The notes beneath the pieces were generated by a model. It had not been told where the DNA came from. It ran no database searches and saw only the letters and a program-made list of their open reading frames with translations. A program made the position numbers and the translations under genes. 64,000 bases of DNA from Candidatus Omnitrophota bacterium (GTDB taxonomy: Bacteria > Omnitrophota > Gorgyraeia > Gygaellales > Profunditerraquicolaceae). Of this stretch, positions 45,266 through 54,179 are shown one piece after another (the stretch's first letter is position 1; the number at the start of each line of letters is the position of its first letter). Where the stretch lies: NCBI GenBank assembly GCA_041309145.1, contig JBFZAG010000079.1:15-64014 (forward strand), written 5' to 3'.

Positions 45266-46561
45266 TTAGAATTTGGTTATCCAGTCGATCTGGTAAAGAG
45301 CGATATGCTTGCTGGTCCCGGTTAACGCCGGAGTTGTCCTGTAAGGATCGGTAATGAAATAATTCAGCCCCAGGGTGGAATTAGGCATAACCGCGTAGAC
45401 CATGCCGAACTTGTGGCCCTTTGCTCCGGTGCCGCCGAGATGAAAATCGGAATCATTGATCGTGGCGAGAACCGCGTTCTGGCCGATCTGGCGGTAATTC
45501 CAGTATGCTTCCCAGGTCCCTTTATCCTTAGCTTTGCCTAATTTCAAGCCGGCGAGCCAGGCTGTTTTATTAGTAGGGCTATTTTGGGCGAGATTCTGCG
45601 CGTAGTCCGCCACGATAGTCAACGGCATGCTGTTGCCCAGTACCGATAAATCCATCGGTGAATATTCCCCGGCGATCTCCATGATGTTAAAACCATACTT
45701 AAGTAAAGTTCCGTCTAAGGAGTTATTGCCCGTAGGGGTATAGTTAGCGCTGTAGGTATTCCAGCCATTGCCTTTGATGTTCTCGTAATTGTAATAAGAA
45801 ACAGCGAACTTATAGGGCCTGGCCATGACCACGCCGCTGGAACCTAACTGCCCCGCGACCAGGAACGGATCATTGGAATCCGAGCTGTTTTCGCCGAGCG
45901 GCAGAAAAGCGAAGGTCAGGAAAGGATTGAACGCCGCTCCCATAGACGGAGTGAACTTGACCACGCCTCCTTCGGGATTAATGTCGCCGTCCCAGACCAT
46001 ATCGGTAGTATAGAAGGGGTTGGCGAATTTACCGCCGGTCACCGCCATATCTTTGAAGAAAGTCAAGTCCGTGTTGCCGAAAGGCCGATATTCGACATAA
46101 GCCTGATCAACCCAGATCGGTTTATTCTGAAACGAATTGGTGAATGACTGGTTCGTGGATGTCTGCTCCGGCCCATTAGTCTTATTTTCTCCGGTTGCCA
46201 TTTTGAAGCCGACTTTCGTCAGCTCATTGGGTTTCATTTCGAATCCATAACGCAGTCTGAAACGGCCTCTGTCCCGGTGCTTGCTTCCGGTCTTAGTCTC
46301 TCCTTGATAACGGATGCGCATATCGCCGGCAAATTTGGTGGTTTGCAGCCATTTGGGCAGAGTTTCGTTCTTGCCCTGAGCGATCTCTTTTCTTGTTTCT
46401 TCTTTAGCCTCAGTAAGCATCTGCTGGGCTTCGCCCTGGGTCAAAACCCCTTTTTCCACCAGCTTGTTGACCAACACATCCACTTCACCTGCAAACGCAA
46501 AACTGACACACAAGAACACTGCCACCAGTAAAACCAAACAACTTAGCGCAGAACGCTTCAT
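45266..46561 (-). CDS. outer-membrane porin, phosphate-selective OprO/OprP-like
   Basis: ATG at 46561 with AGGAGG RBS gives signal peptide MKRSALSCLVLLVAVFLCVSFAFA. Beta-rich with a C-terminal ...WITKF (terminal Phe). It lies immediately upstream of pstS. Confidence 0.55.
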   Translation of the reverse strand: MKRSALSCLVLLVAVFLCVSFAFAGEVDVLVNKLVEKGVLTQGEAQQMLTEAKEETRKEIAQGKNETLPKWLQTTKFAGDMRIRYQGETKTGSKHRDRGRFRLRYGFEMKPNELTKVGFKMATGENKTNGPEQTSTNQSFTNSFQNKPIWVDQAYVEYRPFGNTDLTFFKDMAVTGGKFANPFYTTDMVWDGDINPEGGVVKFTPSMGAAFNPFLTFAFLPLGENSSDSNDPFLVAGQLGSSGVVMARPYKFAVSYYNYENIKGNGWNTYSANYTPTGNNSLDGTLLKYGFNIMEIAGEYSPMDLSVLGNSMPLTIVADYAQNLAQNSPTNKTAWLAGLKLGKAKDKGTWEAYWNYRQIGQNAVLATINDSDFHLGGTGAKGHKFGMVYAVMPNSTLGLNYFITDPYRTTPALTGTSKHIALYQIDWITKF

Positions 46562-46696
46562 TTCTTTCCTCCTCTTGTTAGGGTTGTTGAACGAAATACT
46601 TTTCCAATATTTCCACATTACCGTGGCGTATTATCCTAAAAAATAACTTCAAGACGATCCGACCAGAACCACATCTCGCCTATCAATATTTCCTCC

Positions 46697-47146
46697 TCAA
46701 AAAACCTCACTCTCACCTCCCCTCTCTGTTGAAAACAACTGCGCGTCCTGCATATTCGCCGGTTTTTCCTGCGAAGCGGCTAATTCTTTCAGGACGCTTA
46801 AAAGCGTCGCCATCTTAAAAGGTTTGGTCAAATAATAGTCCGTGCCCAGCACAAGAGCCTGGAGTTTGTCCAGAGCCTGTTCTCTGGCGGAAACTACCAC
46901 CACAGCCGTCCTCCTGGCCCGGAAATTCGTCCTGATCCGGCGCAAGACCGTAAAACCGTCTATGCCGGGAAGCATCAAATCAAGGATGACGATGTCGAAG
47001 ACCTCTTTGCCCAGTTTCTTTATCGCCACCCTGCCGTCGTAAACCGGCATTGGCACGAACCCGGATTTAAGTAGGTTATAGCAAATGCACTCATTGATCG
47101 CTTTTTCATCCTCCACTACCAGGACTTTTTTGGATTCTTTAAGCAT
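46697..47146 (-). CDS. stand-alone response-regulator receiver (CheY-like) protein
   Basis: VLVVEDE ... ILDLMLPGIDG ... K motifs. ATG at 47146 has a GGAGG RBS; the upstream ATG at 47185 has none. Confidence 0.6.
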   Translation of the reverse strand: MLKESKKVLVVEDEKAINECICYNLLKSGFVPMPVYDGRVAIKKLGKEVFDIVILDLMLPGIDGFTVLRRIRTNFRARRTAVVVVSAREQALDKLQALVLGTDYYLTKPFKMATLLSVLKELAASQEKPANMQDAQLFSTERGGESEVF

Positions 47147-47406
47147 CCCAACCGCCTCCGATATTTTTGAAATGTAGTCGGACATATTACGCGTATTGTT
47201 TATAGAAAAAACTGATTACCTCGATCTCTTCGTCGATGATCGATTTAATATACCTGGAAAACTTTGTCACGGCTTTCTTAAATAGCTTCCTCATCTTTCC
47301 GTCCTTTCTTTTAGTGTCAAGCAAAGTATATGTCATAGCCATTAAATCCGCTTGAAGCGGATGTAAAAAGTAAGTTAAATCATTTCGCGAGGTAAAAATA
47401 AGAAAT

Positions 47407-47512
47407 GGTCACAAGTCACATGTCACAAGGTCAAAAAAAAACGGAATTAGAATTACATCTAATCCCGTTCCTTTATACACTACTTGTGACGTGTGACTTT
47501 GTGACTTGTGAC
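47407..47512 (-). terminator. nested inverted-repeat element: Rho-independent terminator after phoR flanked by 27-30-bp TGTGAC-repeat arms
   Basis: Outer arms ggtcacaagtcacatgtcacaaggtca (47407-47433) and cttgtgacgtgtgactttgtgacttgtgac (47484-47512). Inner hairpin aacggaatta..taatcccgtt, which on the minus strand is followed by T8. Confidence 0.5.
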
Positions 47513-49285
47513 TTATTTCGGAAGGATGAACCAGAATTTTGAGCCCAGGCCTTCGGTGCTTTCTACTCCGACAGTGCCGCCGTGCAGATCGACTATGTGT
47601 TTAACGATTGCCAGCCCCAAACCTGTTCCGCCCATTTCCCGGGAGCGGGCCTTGTCCACGCGGTAGAAACGCTCGAAGATCCGGGGAAGGTCTATAGGAG
47701 GAATCCCCGGGCCGGAATCTTCAACAATAACTTTAATCTTGCCATCTAGCTCCTGAGAATAAATCCTGATGCTGCCTTTTTCACGGTTGAACTTGATGGC
47801 ATTATCGAGAATATTGGTGAATACCTGTTCGATCTTGGCCAGGTCAGCTTTCAGAGAAATCCTGGGAGGGATTTCATTTTTGACATCCAGGGATTTCTTC
47901 TGGATCTGCACTCGGAAACCCCCGAGGATCTTCTCAACCGGTTTTTTAAGCTCAAAACTTTGGCTCTCCAGCCGTATCCCCTTAGACTCTAAATACGACA
48001 AGTCCAAAAGATCATTGATCAGGTTATTCAACCGGTCAGTATGCTCCTGGATTATCTGCAGGAAGTGTCGGGCGTTTTCCTTGTCTTCCAGCGCCCCCTC
48101 GATCAAAGTTTCCACAAACCCCTTAATGGAAGTAAGCGGGGTTTTCAGCTCGTGAGACACATTGGCCACGAAATCAGAACGCACTCTTTCGAGTTTACGG
48201 ATCTCCGTTACGTCGTGCATCACCAGTAAACAGCCGGTAACTTCTTTATTCTGAAAAATAGGCGAAGCGTTAAGCTGAAAGATCCTGTTTACCGGCCAGA
48301 CAATGGAAAGCTCTTTAGTCAGCAGCTGGCCGCTCTTTAAAACCTGGTTGATAATTTCGGCGATATCATTATTAGGGATCGCCTCGAGGAATATTTTCCC
48401 TTCGATATCTTTAGCGGAAACTCCGAACATCCGCTCGATCGCTTCATTGACCGTGACTATTGCCGTAGTTTTATCCGCGACAATGATCCCCTCGATCATG
48501 CTTTGGAAAACATTGCGCAGTTGCTGATTTTTGATCTCCAGTTCCCGGATCTTGTTCTGGATATCCTCAGCCATGGCATTGAGGGTCAGCGCCAGCTCTC
48601 CGATCTCATCCTGGGAATTCTGGTATAACTGATGGTTAAAATCGCCCTGGGCGAATTTACGGGAAACATAAATGATGCGGTTAAGAGGTTTTATAATGCT
48701 GCGGGAAAGAAGAGAACCGATCATAAAGGCTAAGGCTAAAGCGAATAAAAGACTGAAGAATATGGTCTGACGGGTTGTGCCGAGGATTCTTTGCACCTGC
48801 TCAAGAGGAAGAGCCAAACGAATAACCCCGGCCACGCCCTGGTCAACTTTGATCGGAAGCGCGATATAGAGCATGTCGATCTTAAGGGTCCGGGAATAAC
48901 GAATGTCCTCGCCAATACTGCCGGAAAATGCTGTTTTGACTTCCGTACGGCCAGCGTGATTTTCCATGGCCGGAACTTCGGCGGCGGATTTCTCGGAATC
49001 AGCAAACACAACTCCCAGCTTATCGATCAAAGTCACCCGGGACTTTATTTTCGAGCTAACATCTTTAATCAGCTGCTCAAGCCGCGGCCGGCCGGTGTTC
49101 AATAAGTCTTCTTTCTTAACCAGGCTTTCAATAAGATAGGCCTGCTTAATAAGCGAGGTTCTGATATCCGCTAGCGCGCCCTCTTCCAGCTTTCTATCCA
49201 GAAGTATGGCCACAAAAACAAAAGGAATGATAATAAGCAGAATATACGACCAGATTATTCTTGATCTAAAACTTATCCTGAGCAC
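47513..49285 (-). CDS. phoR: phosphate-regulon sensor histidine kinase (PhoR-like: TM, HAMP, PAS, HisKA, HATPase)
   Basis: 590 aa. H-box SHELKTPL, N box (NAIKF), G boxes (DSGPGI, GGTGLGL). Confidence 0.75.
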   Translation of the reverse strand: MLRISFRSRIIWSYILLIIIPFVFVAILLDRKLEEGALADIRTSLIKQAYLIESLVKKEDLLNTGRPRLEQLIKDVSSKIKSRVTLIDKLGVVFADSEKSAAEVPAMENHAGRTEVKTAFSGSIGEDIRYSRTLKIDMLYIALPIKVDQGVAGVIRLALPLEQVQRILGTTRQTIFFSLLFALALAFMIGSLLSRSIIKPLNRIIYVSRKFAQGDFNHQLYQNSQDEIGELALTLNAMAEDIQNKIRELEIKNQQLRNVFQSMIEGIIVADKTTAIVTVNEAIERMFGVSAKDIEGKIFLEAIPNNDIAEIINQVLKSGQLLTKELSIVWPVNRIFQLNASPIFQNKEVTGCLLVMHDVTEIRKLERVRSDFVANVSHELKTPLTSIKGFVETLIEGALEDKENARHFLQIIQEHTDRLNNLINDLLDLSYLESKGIRLESQSFELKKPVEKILGGFRVQIQKKSLDVKNEIPPRISLKADLAKIEQVFTNILDNAIKFNREKGSIRIYSQELDGKIKVIVEDSGPGIPPIDLPRIFERFYRVDKARSREMGGTGLGLAIVKHIVDLHGGTVGVESTEGLGSKFWFILPK

Positions 49286-49287
49286 AT

Positions 49288-50019
49288 CTACTCCTCGAAT
49301 CGGTATCCGTAATTCTTGACGGTTATAATATGTTTGGCCGCGCGTTGAAGTTTTTTGCGAAGCGTCCGGATATGCACATCCACAGTGCGTGTCTGAATGT
49401 CCATGGCGTGGTCAAATCCCCAAATAGTATCTAAAAGGTAATCCCGGCTTAAAACCCGGCCCTTGGCCTGGACCAAAGTTTTTAAAAGTTCGAATTCCTT
49501 GGAGGTCAACTCTACCGGTTTATTGCCTACGCTGACCGAGATCTGAGATAAATCCATGATCAGATCTCCCAGTTTTACGATTTCCCGGGGAACCTCTTTT
49601 TCCGAACTGCGGCGCAAAACCGCCTTGATCCGGGCGATCAATTCTTTAAGGCTGAAAGGTTTGCTTACGTAATCGTCGGCGCCTAACTCCAGGCCGACGA
49701 TCTTATCCGTTTCCTGGGTTTTAGCGGTGAGCATTATTACGGGGATCCGGGAAGTCTTAACTTCTTTTTTCAACTGCTTGCATACTTCCAGGCCGTCAAT
49801 ACCGGGAAGCATCAGGTCCAGGATGATCAGATCCGGGTGCTCGCGCACGGCCAGATCCAAAGCGTCCTCGCCATCATGAGCGTCAACAGTCCGGTAACCT
49901 TCTTTTTTAAGGTTATAGTTAAGCATCTTGACGATGTCTTTTTCATCGTCGACGATCAGGATCTTTTCTTTGGCCTTTAGCTCTTTCATCTTTTTTCTCA
50001 GGATCACATCCCTGACCAA
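49288..50019 (-). CDS. phoB: OmpR-family response regulator (PhoB/PhoP-like)
   Basis: Receiver (ILIVDDE..ILDLMLPGIDG) plus winged-helix trans_reg_C (YGYRF). 3 bp upstream of phoR. Confidence 0.75.
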   Translation of the reverse strand: MVRDVILRKKMKELKAKEKILIVDDEKDIVKMLNYNLKKEGYRTVDAHDGEDALDLAVREHPDLIILDLMLPGIDGLEVCKQLKKEVKTSRIPVIMLTAKTQETDKIVGLELGADDYVSKPFSLKELIARIKAVLRRSSEKEVPREIVKLGDLIMDLSQISVSVGNKPVELTSKEFELLKTLVQAKGRVLSRDYLLDTIWGFDHAMDIQTRTVDVHIRTLRKKLQRAAKHIITVKNYGYRFEE

Positions 50020-50022
50020 TGA

Positions 50023-51636
50023 CTATTCCCGCAGGCTGTCCATTACCGCCTGAGCCACGTTAGTAAGATGGTCGCCGATCTTTTCCAGGTTGCTGATCAC
50101 GTCCAGGAATACCACTCCGGAGAGGACATTGCAATCTTTGCGCTCCAGCCTGCGGACATGGTTGTCTTTGAGCTTATTGCGCATTTCATTGACCTTGCAC
50201 TCTTCTTCCATGACGATCTTCGCCTCATCCGGGTTATTATTAGCCAAAGCTTTGACCGAACAATCGATCATCTTATTGATATCGTCGTACATGGCTTTCA
50301 GCTCCGCCACGGCCTCGCTGGAAAAACGCATCTTTTTATCGATCATCTCTTCAGCCAGGTCCCTTAAATTCTCGGCGTGGTCGCCGATCCTTTCCACGTC
50401 GTTAATCGCGTGTATAAGCGCGGGGATCTTCTTGGATTCAGACTGGCTTAACTCGCCCTGCATCAATTCCACCAGGTAATTGGTAATGGCGTTCCTTAAG
50501 GAATCCACCGCTTCTTCGCTGCGGGCGATTCTTTCCAGATTCTTGGAATCATTATACAAAAAACTCTTCATGGCCGAAGCCAGCATTTTCTGGGTCAGAA
50601 CTAAAGTCCTGATCGTCTCTTTGATCGCCGCGTCCAAAGCAAAAGGCGGGGTATTGAGTAAATGCCTTTCCAGATACTTCGGAGTATACTCGTCTTCCTC
50701 TTCCTCCTTGCCTTTGACAAACTTAGTCAGGATTTTTGCGTAAAGCCCGACGAACGGCAAGAAGATCAAAGTATTTATTATCTTAAAAAAAGTATTGGCG
50801 TTGGCGATCTGCCGGGGAAGCTCCATTGAAGTGCGCGCCGCAAGACTACCAAAAACAACCAGAAAAGGCAGAAGAATGATCACTCCGATAACATTGAACA
50901 AAACATGGGCTATTGCCGCTCTTCTGGCGGAAATATTCGTGCCCACCGAAGCGATCAAAGCCGTAACGCAGGTTCCGATATCGCAACCTAAAACCAGAGG
51001 AATAGCCGCTTTTAGGTCGATCAGATTAGCCATTGCCAGTCCAATGACCATACCGGTAGTAACTGAACTGCTCTGAACTATCGCGGTAACCACCGCTCCG
51101 GCCAGGATAGCCAAAAGAGGATTATTGCTGAAAGTAACGAATATATTGTTAAACCAGGAGTATTCGCCTAAAGGTTTGACCACACTGGTCAGAATGTTCA
51201 GCCCCAGGAAAAGAATTCCAAACCCCAAAACGCACTCGCCAAGATATTTATGGGCCTTTTTTTTGGCCACCAGCATGATCAGCATACCCAGGCCGAGGAT
51301 GGGCAGAGCGTAGTCGGTAAGCTTAAAAGCGATCAGCTGGCCGGTGACCGTGGTTCCGATGTTCGCTCCGAAGATCACTCCGATGGCCTGAACAAGGGTC
51401 ATTAACCCGGCATTGACAAAACCGACCACCATTACGGTTGTCGCCGAGGAGGATTGGATTATGCTGGTAATTCCCGTGCCGACCAATACGCCTTTGATCG
51501 GGCTGCCGGTCAGGCCGTGCAGGATCTTTCTCATCCTGTCCCCGGAAGCTTTATGCAGCCCTTCGCTCATCAGCCAGATCCCGTAAATAAAAAGCCCCAG
51601 CCCGCCGACAAGTCCGAAGACCAGATCCTTGATCAT
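50023..51636 (-). CDS. Na+/phosphate cotransporter (NptA/type II Na-Pi family) with C-terminal PhoU-like domains
   Basis: 537 aa. Duplicated Na/Pi transporter repeats (GTGITSIIQSSSATTVMVVGF, AIVQSSSVTTGMVIGL). Cytoplasmic C-terminal PhoU-like helices. Confidence 0.75.
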   Translation of the reverse strand: MIKDLVFGLVGGLGLFIYGIWLMSEGLHKASGDRMRKILHGLTGSPIKGVLVGTGITSIIQSSSATTVMVVGFVNAGLMTLVQAIGVIFGANIGTTVTGQLIAFKLTDYALPILGLGMLIMLVAKKKAHKYLGECVLGFGILFLGLNILTSVVKPLGEYSWFNNIFVTFSNNPLLAILAGAVVTAIVQSSSVTTGMVIGLAMANLIDLKAAIPLVLGCDIGTCVTALIASVGTNISARRAAIAHVLFNVIGVIILLPFLVVFGSLAARTSMELPRQIANANTFFKIINTLIFLPFVGLYAKILTKFVKGKEEEEDEYTPKYLERHLLNTPPFALDAAIKETIRTLVLTQKMLASAMKSFLYNDSKNLERIARSEEAVDSLRNAITNYLVELMQGELSQSESKKIPALIHAINDVERIGDHAENLRDLAEEMIDKKMRFSSEAVAELKAMYDDINKMIDCSVKALANNNPDEAKIVMEEECKVNEMRNKLKDNHVRRLERKDCNVLSGVVFLDVISNLEKIGDHLTNVAQAVMDSLRE

Positions 51637-51639
51637 GTT

Positions 51640-52320
51640 TTAATCTCTCCTTTTATTCCCGCGGCAAACATTCAAACATACTCCGCAAATATACTGTTCA
51701 GCTAAATGCAACTTTTGAAAACCTTTGATGGCGTCAAAACATTTTATATGGTCGAAATCCTCGCAATTTTCCTTGATCGCCTGTGCCGGGCAAACCTTCA
51801 CGCACATATGGCAGGCCCCGCAATTATCCGTAGACGGCTGATCGATCTTTAAAGGCATATCCGTAAGAATCGTCACCAGCCGGAACTGGCTGCCGAATTC
51901 CGGGCTGACCAGCATATTATTCCGGCCGATCCAGCCTAACCCGGCAAGGACTCCCATTTTTTTATGGGAAAGATGCCCGGTCTGTTTTTTCCAGTCCAAT
52001 ATCTGCGAAGTCGGGATCGGTAACGCCAGGTATCCTTGCGACTCGATATAAAGAGTAGTCTTGAGCGCTGACTGGTCTAAAAGCGAATTTAAAGTGCGAT
52101 AGTGGTAAGAATATAGCCGGGTCGGCGCCTGGACCAGTTCCCCTAATACGGTTTTGGATAATCTCCCGCCCAGAACCACGGCTTTATCCAGTTTAGCCAG
52201 CAACTCAGGGCTGACCACGAATTCCTGTTTGGCCTCTTGGATGTCCGCGACACCAAACAGGTCCAGCCCCAGGTCCTGGGTGAATTTTTTAAGCCCGGCG
52301 TAGTTCTTATCTATGTCCAT
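51640..52320 (-). CDS. QueG-like (DUF1730) 4Fe-4S protein, short form
   Basis: 226 aa. GLGWIGRNNMLVSPEFGSQFRL motif of the epoxyqueuosine reductase family followed by two CxxCxxC..CP clusters. Lacks the C-terminal HEAT-like part of full-length QueG. Confidence 0.5.
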   Translation of the reverse strand: MDIDKNYAGLKKFTQDLGLDLFGVADIQEAKQEFVVSPELLAKLDKAVVLGGRLSKTVLGELVQAPTRLYSYHYRTLNSLLDQSALKTTLYIESQGYLALPIPTSQILDWKKQTGHLSHKKMGVLAGLGWIGRNNMLVSPEFGSQFRLVTILTDMPLKIDQPSTDNCGACHMCVKVCPAQAIKENCEDFDHIKCFDAIKGFQKLHLAEQYICGVCLNVCRGNKRRD

Positions 52321-54172
52321 TTAGTTTCTTTAAATATACCATTAAAAGCGAGATAGCCGCGGGAGTCACTCCGGAGATCCGGGAAGCCTGGCCCAGGCTT
52401 ATAGGTTTTGCTTTCTTCAGCTTATCTTTGATCTCCCGGGAAAGCGAAGGAATAACGCTGTAATCCAGGTCAGCCGGCAGTTTGATCTTCTCTAAATTCT
52501 TGAACTTACTGACTTCCGTCCTCTGCCTCTGGATAAATCCTTCATATTTTACCTCAATTTCCGCTTGTTGGGAAACTAATTCTGGGAACTCGATTTTTAC
52601 TCCCTGCAGGGTTTTTAAAAATTTAAGATCGATCTCCGGCCTCTTCAGCAGATACTCTAAAGTAACTTTTCCTTTTAAAGCTACGGTTTTCAGGCCCTCC
52701 AGAGCTTTATTGATCTCTTTCCCGGGTTTAATGGTGGTGGTTTTGAGAGCCCCGATCGCTTTATTTATACTCTCCTGTTTTTCTTTAGTCTTCTCGAATT
52801 CTTTTTTGGAGACCAAGCCCACGCTATAGCCTTTTTCCCGCAACCGCAGATCGGCGTTATCCTCTCTTAAGATCAAGCGGTATTCTACCCGGGAAGTGAA
52901 CATCCGGTAAGGCTCATTGGTCCCTTTAGTGGTCAGGTCATCGATCAAGACCCCGATATAACCGCTGGCCCGGTCAAAAATTAGAGGCTCCGATCCTTTA
53001 ACCCTTAAACCGGCATTGATCCCGGCGACCAGGCCTTGGGCTGCCGCCTCCTCATAACCGGTAGTGCCGTTGATCTGGCCGGCCAGGAAGAGATTTTTGA
53101 TCAATTTGGTTTCCAGGCTGGGATATAACTGAGTCGGCTCGACAACGGTATGCTCAATGCCGTAGCCGAATTGCAGAATCTTAACCTGCTCCAACCCGGG
53201 GATGGAATGTAATAACGCCAGCTGAACTTCTTCGGGGAGGCTCGTGGATAAACCGTTAGGATAAACCTGGTCGGTGTCATAGCCTTCGGGCTCCAGAAAT
53301 ACCTGGTGGCGGAGCTTATCGCTGAATTTGACGATCTTGTCTTCGATGGACGGACAGTAACGCACTCCGGTAGAATTGATCTTGCCGGTATAAAGCGGGG
53401 ATTTGTCCAGGTTGTCCCGGATGATCTGGTGAGTATTCTGATTAGTGTAAGTTATATAACAGGGAACCTGTTTCTGTTTGAGGGCGCGGGTGGAAAAAGA
53501 AAAGGGCCGGGGAGGATTGTCGCCTTCATGGACGATTAAACTGGAATAATCGATGGTCTTTTTGTCCAGCCTGGGGCAAGTGCCGGTTTTAAAACGCAAA
53601 AGATTGAACCCGCATTCTTTTAAGCTGTTATCCAGAGCTAATGCCGCTGGCTCGTTGTTTCTGCCCCCCGGATAATGCTTAAGCCCGATATGGATTATAC
53701 CGTTGAGGAAAGTCCCAGAACAAATGACCACGGTTTTAGAGAGTATTTCTTCGTCCTTGTCGGTTATGACCCCCATAATAAGATTATCCCTAACGATCAA
53801 TTTAGCTGCTTGCGCGGCCTTGACCTTTAAATTCTTCTGGGCCAAAACCGTTTTCTTCATGTAATCCTTGTACAACCTGCGGTCGATCTGGGCCCGGGAA
53901 GACTGCACCGCCGGCCCCTTGGAGGCGTTGAGGATCCGGAACTGGATCCCGCAAACGTCCGCCGCTTTCCCCATTTCCCCGCCCAGAGCGTCGATCTCCT
54001 TGACCAGCTGGCCCTTGCCCACTCCGCCGATGGCCGGATTACAGCTCAGATGGCCGATGGTATCCATATCAAGGGTAAGCATCAAAGTAAAACAGCCCAT
54101 CCTGGCTGCGGCCAAAGAGGCCTCAATGCCGGCATGCCCGGCTCCGATAACTATGACATCATATCGATTCAT
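52307..54172 (-). CDS. mnmG: tRNA uridine 5-carboxymethylaminomethyl modification enzyme MnmG (GidA)
   Basis: 621 aa. N-terminal FAD motif YDVIVIGAGHAGIEA and full-length family similarity. Confidence 0.9.
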   Translation of the reverse strand: MNRYDVIVIGAGHAGIEASLAAARMGCFTLMLTLDMDTIGHLSCNPAIGGVGKGQLVKEIDALGGEMGKAADVCGIQFRILNASKGPAVQSSRAQIDRRLYKDYMKKTVLAQKNLKVKAAQAAKLIVRDNLIMGVITDKDEEILSKTVVICSGTFLNGIIHIGLKHYPGGRNNEPAALALDNSLKECGFNLLRFKTGTCPRLDKKTIDYSSLIVHEGDNPPRPFSFSTRALKQKQVPCYITYTNQNTHQIIRDNLDKSPLYTGKINSTGVRYCPSIEDKIVKFSDKLRHQVFLEPEGYDTDQVYPNGLSTSLPEEVQLALLHSIPGLEQVKILQFGYGIEHTVVEPTQLYPSLETKLIKNLFLAGQINGTTGYEEAAAQGLVAGINAGLRVKGSEPLIFDRASGYIGVLIDDLTTKGTNEPYRMFTSRVEYRLILREDNADLRLREKGYSVGLVSKKEFEKTKEKQESINKAIGALKTTTIKPGKEINKALEGLKTVALKGKVTLEYLLKRPEIDLKFLKTLQGVKIEFPELVSQQAEIEVKYEGFIQRQRTEVSKFKNLEKIKLPADLDYSVIPSLSREIKDKLKKAKPISLGQASRISGVTPAAISLLMVYLKKLNGHR

Positions 54173-54179
54173 ATAGGTT

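Noticed and set aside
51640-52320. Full epoxyqueuosine reductase QueG call
   Set aside because: The protein is only 226 aa and lacks the C-terminal half of canonical QueG. It is annotated only as a QueG-like (DUF1730) 4Fe-4S protein.
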